Assembly: GCA_030149205.1 (NCBI GenBank) | Contig: JASBSB010000001.1 | Location: forward strand, 120,001-152,000 | Reading direction: 5' to 3' | DNA: 32,000 nucleotides | Origin: Candidatus Heimdallarchaeota archaeon | Lineage (GTDB): Archaea; Asgardarchaeota; Heimdallarchaeia; Heimdallarchaeales; Kariarchaeaceae | Shown: positions 9,709 to 17,513 of the stretch, piece after piece | How positions within the stretch are numbered: the first letter of the stretch is position 1 | Layout of the letters: each line of letters starts with the position of its first letter | Position numbers and translations under genes: made by a program | The notes under the pieces: generated by a model | What the model saw: only the letters and a program-made list of their open reading frames with translations | Told to the model about the DNA's origin: nothing | Database searches by the model: none

Positions 9709-11637
9709 GTGGAAAATTCTTATGACATTTTCATGCTGTTCAAAGAACTAAAATTAGATAAATTTAAAGCTGATGTGTTACAAGATGATCAAACTTTAAT
9801 TGAAGAGGGTTACTTAATCTCTGTCAACCTCTCAAATTACAGTATTAATGAAATCCCTAAAGCAGTTTTTACTTATTTCTATAGACTAGAGCGGCTTAAC
9901 CTCTCAGGAAACAAACTTAACACATTGCAAAAACATATTTTTGACCCTTTGGTAAACCTAAAAGAACTGAACCTTTCTGGAAACAAGTTACAATCACTTC
10001 CTTCAGACCTCATAAGAAATCTCAGGTTATTAGAGACATTAAATTTGGATGGAAACAAACTTCGAGAATTTGATAAGTTCTTTTTCGAAAAATCAACTGA
10101 GCTCAAACAACTTTCTGTTGCCTCAAACAAATTAAGACAAATCCCGAATTTAACAAGATGCAACAGATTGGTTACATTGGATTTCCACTCAAATAAAATT
10201 GAAGAAATTACAAAAGAAGGCCTTAAAGGGCTCCTTAACCTCAAAGAAATAAATTTGGGGTATAATAAGTTAACAAAACTTGATTTAGGTGATATCCCTG
10301 AATCTATCTTACAGCTTAATCTTGAAAGCAACCAGTTAGAGTCTATTATAAATGAACATGTTGAACTCCTCCCTCTTGAAACTTTGAACCTTCAATCAAA
10401 CCATCTTATTTCTTTTCCCAGGTTTCATCTCCCATCTCTAACAACCTTGTTTTTAGGTGAAAATTTTATAACAGAGATTTATGACAAGAGTTTCAAGGGC
10501 ATTCCTGAGCTTAAGATAGTTTTTCTGCAAAGAAACAAAATAAATTATATTGAGACAAATTTTATCTGTAATTCTAAATTAGAACTTCTATGGTTAGAAG
10601 GTAATGAACTATCAGAAGATCAAGATCGAAACCTAAATTCCTTTGAGATGATCAAGAATTGGTGTTCAAAAACTCAAAAACAGGAATTATCAAGAAAGTT
10701 AGTATTTGAACTATTGAAAATACTAAAGATAGAAAAAAAGTTCGCCCAGGTTTACTCAAGTGATAAAACAGTAATCCTGGGTGATAATATCATTTCTTTG
10801 GATTTATCTGGTCTTGGGCTCTCAGGAATATTAAATCTTAGTGATTCCAAATTTAACAGCATATCAAACCTATATGTCAATGACAACCATTTTGATAAAA
10901 TCTCAAAACTTCCTAATTCAATCGAGATATTAGATCTAAGAAATAATAGTTTTGTCGATTTACCCTTACTCACACATGAATTACCATTACTAAAACAATT
11001 GTTCTTAAAGGGAAATCCCCTCCCCTCGAATTGGGACAGGAATTTAACTGATGAATTTGATTTAGAAGAATTTACTCTATTTTTTGAACAAACTAGGCAA
11101 ACCAGAATGAGTATATTTCAGTTTTTAGCTATTATAAACTCACCAGAACAGTATTCAAGGATAATAACTTCACCTCAAACAAAAATAATACAAGGAAAAA
11201 TAAATTCAATAGACCTGTCAGGATTAAAACTAGATAAAATTCATGAGATTCCACTTGAAATTAGTAGAGATGCAAAATCTTTAGATTTATCAAATAATAG
11301 CTTATCAGAAGTCAATTTAATTCAATTCAATAGCCTAGAGGAGTTAAATTTGAGCAGAAACAACATTAAAAGCATTAACAGCATTTCAAGTTCTAAAAGT
11401 ATAAAGATATTAACACTCTCTGAAAACCTAATTACTGAAATTACAGCTCATGATATTAAAAATTTCCCAATGCTAGAGTCCTTAGATATAAGTGACAATG
11501 AGTTAAGAAGCATCGATATTGCAGAGCTTACAAATTCTAATCTTAAGGAATTAGCATTAAGTAAAAATCCTTCTCTTAAATTACAAAAGGAAGCTCTAAG
11601 GCAATTGAACATAAAAATTAAAGTTGAAATTGATTGA
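9709..11637 (+). CDS. Leucine-rich repeat protein (642 aa), three LRR blocks
   Basis: Many LxxLxLxxNxL repeats (LERLNLSGNKL, LKELNLSGNKL, LETLNLDGNKL, LEELNLSRNNI, LESLDISDNEL). Confidence 0.93.
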   Translation: MENSYDIFMLFKELKLDKFKADVLQDDQTLIEEGYLISVNLSNYSINEIPKAVFTYFYRLERLNLSGNKLNTLQKHIFDPLVNLKELNLSGNKLQSLPSDLIRNLRLLETLNLDGNKLREFDKFFFEKSTELKQLSVASNKLRQIPNLTRCNRLVTLDFHSNKIEEITKEGLKGLLNLKEINLGYNKLTKLDLGDIPESILQLNLESNQLESIINEHVELLPLETLNLQSNHLISFPRFHLPSLTTLFLGENFITEIYDKSFKGIPELKIVFLQRNKINYIETNFICNSKLELLWLEGNELSEDQDRNLNSFEMIKNWCSKTQKQELSRKLVFELLKILKIEKKFAQVYSSDKTVILGDNIISLDLSGLGLSGILNLSDSKFNSISNLYVNDNHFDKISKLPNSIEILDLRNNSFVDLPLLTHELPLLKQLFLKGNPLPSNWDRNLTDEFDLEEFTLFFEQTRQTRMSIFQFLAIINSPEQYSRIITSPQTKIIQGKINSIDLSGLKLDKIHEIPLEISRDAKSLDLSNNSLSEVNLIQFNSLEELNLSRNNIKSINSISSSKSIKILTLSENLITEITAHDIKNFPMLESLDISDNELRSIDIAELTNSNLKELALSKNPSLKLQKEALRQLNIKIKVEID

Positions 11638-11654
11638 TTTAAACTCAAAGATGT

Positions 11655-11948
11655 CTAATTCTCTTCTTCGGGTTTAAAGATTAAAAATAGGATGATGTCT
11701 TTTATAAAAATACTGACCTCGATAAAGAAATAACTTGCCACTGTGATTAACACACTTAATGGGATAAGTAGAAAATATAAAATATACCCAGATTCCCTGA
11801 TGTTCGAAACCAAACGGTTAGTAGGATCATTCCATAGACCGATAAAATAGCTGACAAACCAAAACAACAGTATACCCATAACGAGAAAAGCAATTAACCT
11901 GTAGATTTCATTCCTCGAATAGAACTGATTATTATCAACGGTACTCAT
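11655..11948 (-). CDS. Small two-TM membrane protein, unknown function
   Basis: 97 aa ORF with two hydrophobic helices; fills the gap between neighbouring genes. Confidence 0.65.
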   Translation of the reverse strand: MSTVDNNQFYSRNEIYRLIAFLVMGILLFWFVSYFIGLWNDPTNRLVSNIRESGYILYFLLIPLSVLITVASYFFIEVSIFIKDIILFLIFKPEEEN

Positions 11949-12010
11949 TCTATTCTTATGTAAAAATCAATTGTTCAAAAAAGTTGTCTAATTGTTCGAA
12001 AAATTTTATC

Positions 12011-12973
12011 TTATCTTTTTGAATTCTCAGATTTAACAAGCATTTTTGCATCAATTGCTGCTTGTTGGAACTTAAGAAGGGCCATTCTCTGAGAGAGAGG
12101 ATTAGTTGGTGGTTCTTCAGGTTCGTAAGAATCTAGAAGTTCTATCAATTCTTTGGTTTCTTTTTGAATCTCAAGTTCTTCAATTTGCGCTTTAATTTCA
12201 TCTCCGACCAAATAGAGTTCATCTTTAAAAATTTGAATCTCATGTTCATTATACGAACTCTGGTCATTTGCGTATGAGTTAAGTGCAAAAATTGTTTTCT
12301 GGACTATCGTCTCATGATTCAAGGTTTTAATGACCTTCCAAAGATCTGGAAGCACACCAAATCCGTATTTTGGTTTTAGGATTTCTTTGTACAATTTCTT
12401 TTGATTCTCATACATAAACAACACAAATTCCTCAGGTGTCATGTCTAACGCGTTTGCCCAATCATCAACCCAATTAAAGGGAGTGGGTTCATCATCCAAG
12501 ACGATATATGTAAGAAGGAACTCAATAATATTTTTCTTAAACCAGTCAGGTTTACTTTCTACCTTTTCAGTACTTAACAGGGATCTTTCATAATAATCTA
12601 CTGATGGAGTAATCTCGTATCCTCTTAAAAAAACAAAAGGTCTATAATTTGGTTCAATTTTATAAGTATGGATCCAACCTTGGTACAAAGATGCAACAAG
12701 ACCGGGAAGGATTGCGACACCAATAACAGGTATAGCCATCCAAGAATTCTTACTATCGAGAAGGTAGATTCCAAGAGAGAGAATAATTGAGAAATAAAGC
12801 ATTGGTCTGGTTGCCGCTCTTAATCTTGATGTAAACAAGAGGTTTGAACATCCTTTACAGAGTTTTATTGTATCATTATAGTACTCTTGAGGAACATATA
12901 TCTGACAATATCCACACTGGGTAGATGAAGGTTCATTGTTCCAAGGAGAGATTTGAGATTTACCAGGTGACAC
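12011..12973 (-). CDS. Hypothetical membrane protein with N-terminal Zn-ribbon (CGYC...CKGC)
   Basis: 320 aa; CxxC-x15-CxxC, two hydrophobic helices, acidic helical C-terminus; GTG start. Confidence 0.7.
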   Translation of the reverse strand: MSPGKSQISPWNNEPSSTQCGYCQIYVPQEYYNDTIKLCKGCSNLLFTSRLRAATRPMLYFSIILSLGIYLLDSKNSWMAIPVIGVAILPGLVASLYQGWIHTYKIEPNYRPFVFLRGYEITPSVDYYERSLLSTEKVESKPDWFKKNIIEFLLTYIVLDDEPTPFNWVDDWANALDMTPEEFVLFMYENQKKLYKEILKPKYGFGVLPDLWKVIKTLNHETIVQKTIFALNSYANDQSSYNEHEIQIFKDELYLVGDEIKAQIEELEIQKETKELIELLDSYEPEEPPTNPLSQRMALLKFQQAAIDAKMLVKSENSKR

Positions 12974-13043
12974 ATCTCAAGGATAAATCACTCTATTAAA
13001 TTCATTTTTATACATTAGATTTTTTTTAGCTCAGTTATGTGGA

Positions 13044-13967
13044 TTATTCTTCTAGTTCATACATCGATACAGCTAATCGTTTGTTACAGATAGGACAAAC
13101 TCCCCTAACTTTTACATACTCTAAAAGATGACGAGAGTGAGCGGGTGCCCTACAGTTGATGCAATACAAGAAGGTATCACCAGTTTCAATTGATTTTCTA
13201 CAAACACTACAATTATCATTTAATTTGGAAGAAGCAAGTAAGAGTGTGTTAGGGATCGACTCAGTTTGTAAGTTTGAAGCAGGTTGATTTTGGATGAGTT
13301 CAGTTGAATCCAAATCTGAACCCATTGCTTTAGAAGTAACTTGTGGAATAATTACTTCTTCCTTATCAATGGTTGATACTTCGACTGGAAGACCTGAGCC
13401 ATTGGTATTGTTGGATGTTGGTCTAATTGGATGATTTGAATCTGATGTTGATATTTTACCTTCGGTCACCACTTGTGAGGGAGGTAAGGCTTCAAATTCT
13501 ACTGGTTGAATATTTGATACAACTTCAATAGCTTCAGCAGCCTCAATCTGTCCATTGGCTCTGAGTAGAGCCGCTGCAAGGTCTGGTCTATTGTTCTTAT
13601 AATATAGCTCCTGAATTAGGTTGTCCACTGCTTTTGTTATGTTGCTCCCAAGTCTGTTTTGTAGGATCAACAGAGCTTGATTGGCATAAGTGGGACCCTT
13701 CAGCAATTTAGCCTTAGCAGCCAAGTAAGTTTGACCACTTTGAATGTAAAGTGTTGAAGCTTCATCAAATCTTCCTTCCCTCACTAGCTTTTCAGCAGTC
13801 TTGAAGTAATGGTTATTAGATTGTTGACGGTCACGAGGCCTCCTTCTCGTAGATCTTGTTCTTCTTGATTGATTCGAGCTATTTCTTGGTGATTTGGCAA
13901 CCTGTTTGGCTATCAAATACACTATCACAGCTAAAACTATTACTAAAATGAAGTCACTCGTTGCCAT
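13044..13967 (-). CDS. Membrane-anchored protein with short helical repeats and a C-terminal RING-like Zn finger
   Basis: N-terminal TM (FILVIVLAVIVYLIA), Arg-rich linker, clathrin/TPR-like helices (AEKLVREGRFDEASTLY), Ser/Pro/Thr linker, and terminal CSVC-x13-CINC-x4-HSRH-x10-CPIC. Confidence 0.75.
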   Translation of the reverse strand: MATSDFILVIVLAVIVYLIAKQVAKSPRNSSNQSRRTRSTRRRPRDRQQSNNHYFKTAEKLVREGRFDEASTLYIQSGQTYLAAKAKLLKGPTYANQALLILQNRLGSNITKAVDNLIQELYYKNNRPDLAAALLRANGQIEAAEAIEVVSNIQPVEFEALPPSQVVTEGKISTSDSNHPIRPTSNNTNGSGLPVEVSTIDKEEVIIPQVTSKAMGSDLDSTELIQNQPASNLQTESIPNTLLLASSKLNDNCSVCRKSIETGDTFLYCINCRAPAHSRHLLEYVKVRGVCPICNKRLAVSMYELEE

Positions 13968-14908
13968 ATCAGTTCCCTTTGGTTAAACACAAGATAGTAT
14001 TGTTTTACAGGTATTAAAAGTCTACTAATTACTAACATTAGTTGACATCCACTTTTTCAAAGTGGGTCTACAAAAGTCATCACAGATATTAGTCTCCCAA
14101 CTAATACCTTTTTAATTAAAGTAATGAAATCTATTTTCAATTTCAATACGAAACTGTATTTCGGAAAACATCACACTTTAACACAATTCAATAGAAATAG
14201 ACTATTCATTAAGAAAATAAAAATAAAGAAAGTCGCTTCCATATTTAACAAGAAAGAATTGAAACTACGATAACAGATAAACCTAAAAATTATTAAGATA
14301 AAATAAGAGCAAAACCTATCAAATGGTACAAGGTGAAAGCATAAGACCAAGTTAATTCAATAGTAGATTCTTATCAACAAAAAGCTGCGAAATTACCACT
14401 CCCTAAAATTCTGCTCAAGTTAATCAGTTTACTGATAGAGGGAGTACAAGCTAAGATAAAGATTCTATAAATTATAATTGTAAAATCATATTTGCTCTAA
14501 TGTCGATTTTTGATTTTAAATTTGTTCATGAAAGGTATTGTCCATTGTAACCAGAACATCCCAATGAATTTGGGATTAAAATGAAAGAAATAGTTATTGA
14601 TCGTAAAAAGAGAAGAGAAGAGTTGAAAACCAATATGGGTAGTTATCTAATTTAGTGGTTTAGGTAGTTTACTTTACTAAATTAATACAATATTACAGAA
14701 GATTACAAAGATTAGATGTTTTAATTGCAAATATCATAAAAAACATTTCATCTTAGTAAATTTTTTAGTTTGTACTAAAGCAGAGTATTATTTCACAAAA
14801 AACAATCTAAGTTTGTTAGAACAGAAGATAAACAACCATTTTAAGGAAAAATATATGCAAAAAGAAATTTAAGTTCGGGTTAATTCTTTTCAATGACCTA
14901 ATATAATT

Positions 14909-15742
14909 TCAAGTGTCAAACTCTAATAAATCTATAAAGTCACACAATTTACAAAATTGACATACCTTAGATGTGAAATCTTGTTCAGGTAACTTTTTTA
15001 TATTATTTAATTGTTGTGATTTTTCGTATAAATTAGAAATCTCTTGCAATAATCCCCCAATCGTTTTCTGGTCAATTTTTTGAATTTGATCAAATTTTGG
15101 TTTACTATACCAAAGTTCAAGATTTATTTGCTGGTCTGGAAAAGAACTGTATAATATTTCACCATAAATTTTTATTTGATTCTCATCTTCTAGTTTTGGA
15201 GTACCCGTTTTGTATTCAATTATTCGTAATCCACCTGTTTCAGAAAATGCTACCAAGTCAATCTTACCACGTATTTGAAAATTGTGGTTAATTCTATTGA
15301 TAACAGTAAATTCATCTTGAATTACAAGTGATGTTATCTCATTATTATTAATTGTAACCAAACTTTCTGCCATAAGAGCAAGATTATGAAGTTGACTTGT
15401 AATTATATCAAAACTATTTGAAAATTCTTGGCGATGGTATTTCCATGGACCTGTATTATTCATCCATATTTTTTTTATTGAATCTAATTCAATTTCCATT
15501 GATAATAATATTGCATCCTTTATATTCTTACTTTTACGGTGATAAAAAAATTCAACATTACTAAAATTTCTTAGGAATACTCTCTGTAAAATTAAATGTA
15601 AAAAATTTCCCGCGTATACAAATTTGTTAGGTGTAAATGGTATTTTTATCTCCTGTTGAGCATATAATACCTGTAACATTGTTCTTCTTTTACAATTAAA
15701 TTCATTTACACTTGTAACTCCTAATCTTATTGATTTATTCAT
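14909..15742 (-). CDS. PD-(D/E)XK nuclease, Cas4/AddB-like with putative Fe-S cysteines
   Basis: C17 (EFNCKRR), GNFLH, IRGKIDLV, IIEYKTG (D...ExK), QIKIY (RecB-type QxxxY) and C-terminal CQFCKLC. Confidence 0.85.
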   Translation of the reverse strand: MNKSIRLGVTSVNEFNCKRRTMLQVLYAQQEIKIPFTPNKFVYAGNFLHLILQRVFLRNFSNVEFFYHRKSKNIKDAILLSMEIELDSIKKIWMNNTGPWKYHRQEFSNSFDIITSQLHNLALMAESLVTINNNEITSLVIQDEFTVINRINHNFQIRGKIDLVAFSETGGLRIIEYKTGTPKLEDENQIKIYGEILYSSFPDQQINLELWYSKPKFDQIQKIDQKTIGGLLQEISNLYEKSQQLNNIKKLPEQDFTSKVCQFCKLCDFIDLLEFDT

Positions 15743-17513
15743 TTAATGTCCTCCTATTTTCCAATAAAAATTCTGAAGAATAGTGCATAGCTAATCCAAG
15801 GATAAATGGAAATTTCGGTTTTGATAAACTGTATGGGTTTATGAAGGTTTGATAAAATACATCTTGAAGTATTTCTTGGATATCATGCAATCCTTTGATT
15901 TTTTCAATAAATAATGGTTTGGGAATACCTTCAAATAAATCATTAGGATATCCATTTGTCATAATTAATGACTTGTTATCATTAATACTAACTGATAAGC
16001 CATCAATTGCTTTAGAAGTATTTTCGATCTGTCCATAAAGGATTGAGTGTGATGAATTAACTAAAACTAAACAAAAATTATAATGGGAAATTTTATCAAT
16101 TAAAGGTAATAACTGTCTGTCTGAAATTTGAATTAAGAAGTGGTCTGAATCACTAAAATTAATCAATTTTTGTAAGAAATCATTAATTTTAACTTTTTCA
16201 TCGATATTTTTGTCTCTATCATTATAAAAAATATCATGTGAAATGTTAATATTTCCCTTATTAGAACTAACACCTGATAATATCATCCATTCTCCTGCAT
16301 AATATGGTGTTATATGAAGAGCGATTATATTCTGATGATACTTCATTGATACATTTTGATATAATTTTCGAGTGTATCTAAATCTAATATTCAACCAAAT
16401 TAGTTTTACAATTTTTCCCCAATCATCTTCTAATATTGTTGAAAATTTAATGATTTTATTTGGAATTACAATTTTTTCTTTAGTTTTATTGTATACATAT
16501 CCTGAACCCTTTATTCTATCGTCGATACATATTATAGCTGCATCTGCCTCAAATTTATGAAGCTTGGAGACATAATAGCTTTGAATTGTAATATTTAATC
16601 CTGTAACTTCTGCAAAATATGAAATAAAATTCTGAATCTTAATGGGGGTATTATCTGTCACAGATTTATCAATTAAAAATAATATATTGCTAATAAATGG
16701 ATCAAATGAAATGTTATCCTCTAAAATATCTACTAATGGAGTAGTGTTTAAAGTTTCAATAGTGTTTGAATTGATTTTTATCGACGGACTATTTATTAAA
16801 TCCCCTTTCAGATTCTCAATAACAGATAATCTTACATTTCCGATTTGATTTGTATTTATTACTTTGATTATTTTAAGGAATCTTTGTTCCACTGATTCAA
16901 AATTTCGATGTAATTGTAATACTTCTTTTTCTATTACACCAGGTATTAATTTATTAGATGTTAAGTTAAATGAATTTTCAGATATTTCATGTCTGGGATC
17001 ATAAAAAACCATAACCTTATCATCTCGCATCTCATGGCATTCAAACCTTTCAGCTTGAAAAATCGAATACGTGAATGTTTCATTAAACTGTTCAACAGTT
17101 TTTTCTACGATAGGATTTATTCTTTGACTAGCTACTCCTTTAGATTTTCCAATAAATGACAGTACCTCACTGGGTCTATAATAACCTTTGTTTGAAAATG
17201 TAATATATAAGGCTGTCAATACGAATATGTCAAGATTTTGTATTTCTTTCTTTTCATTAATCTCTGTAGTACAGATTGAAACAGGGATTGTAGCAATCTC
17301 CAAATGTGAAGGTGGTTTTTGTGCGAAAAGGTAATATGAATCCTTTACATATATAATTGTAAATGGAACATCTGATAAAAAATCACCATTTTTTAATGCA
17401 AAGGTCAGAAAGCTAAATTCATAGTTGTACTGCATGGAAACTTTGTACATTTTTAATACAGCTGTATCAATTTGTGCTATCCAACCAAGTATTTTGCATA
17501 TCATATAAACCAC
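15735..17513 (-). CDS. Argonaute/PIWI-like protein 2 (PAZ-less, catalytically inactive); probable start ATG 17504
   Basis: PIWI C-terminus SLIMTNG...EGIPKPLFIEK...EILQDVFYQTFINPYSLSKPKFPFILGLA. MID-like YNKTKEKIVIPNKII...LIWLNIRFRY. L1-like VMVFYDPRHEI. First catalytic Asp position is His (IALH). ATG 17504 overlaps the upstream TGA (ATGA). Confidence 0.75.
   Translation of the reverse strand: MVYMICKILGWIAQIDTAVLKMYKVSMQYNYEFSFLTFALKNGDFLSDVPFTIIYVKDSYYLFAQKPPSHLEIATIPVSICTTEINEKKEIQNLDIFVLTALYITFSNKGYYRPSEVLSFIGKSKGVASQRINPIVEKTVEQFNETFTYSIFQAERFECHEMRDDKVMVFYDPRHEISENSFNLTSNKLIPGVIEKEVLQLHRNFESVEQRFLKIIKVINTNQIGNVRLSVIENLKGDLINSPSIKINSNTIETLNTTPLVDILEDNISFDPFISNILFLIDKSVTDNTPIKIQNFISYFAEVTGLNITIQSYYVSKLHKFEADAAIICIDDRIKGSGYVYNKTKEKIVIPNKIIKFSTILEDDWGKIVKLIWLNIRFRYTRKLYQNVSMKYHQNIIALHITPYYAGEWMILSGVSSNKGNINISHDIFYNDRDKNIDEKVKINDFLQKLINFSDSDHFLIQISDRQLLPLIDKISHYNFCLVLVNSSHSILYGQIENTSKAIDGLSVSINDNKSLIMTNGYPNDLFEGIPKPLFIEKIKGLHDIQEILQDVFYQTFINPYSLSKPKFPFILGLAMHYSSEFLLENRRTLNE
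15749..15755 (-). promoter_or_regulatory. Shine-Dalgarno site AGGAGGA for the Cas4-like nuclease, inside the 3' end of the upstream Argonaute-like gene
   Basis: Minus strand reads AGGAGGACATTAAATG, with the ATG at 15742. Confidence 0.7.

Noticed and set aside
13968-14908. Possible CRISPR array or guide-encoding repeat array near the Cas4-like gene
   Set aside because: No regularly spaced direct repeats seen here or in 21429-21810; no cas1 or cas2.
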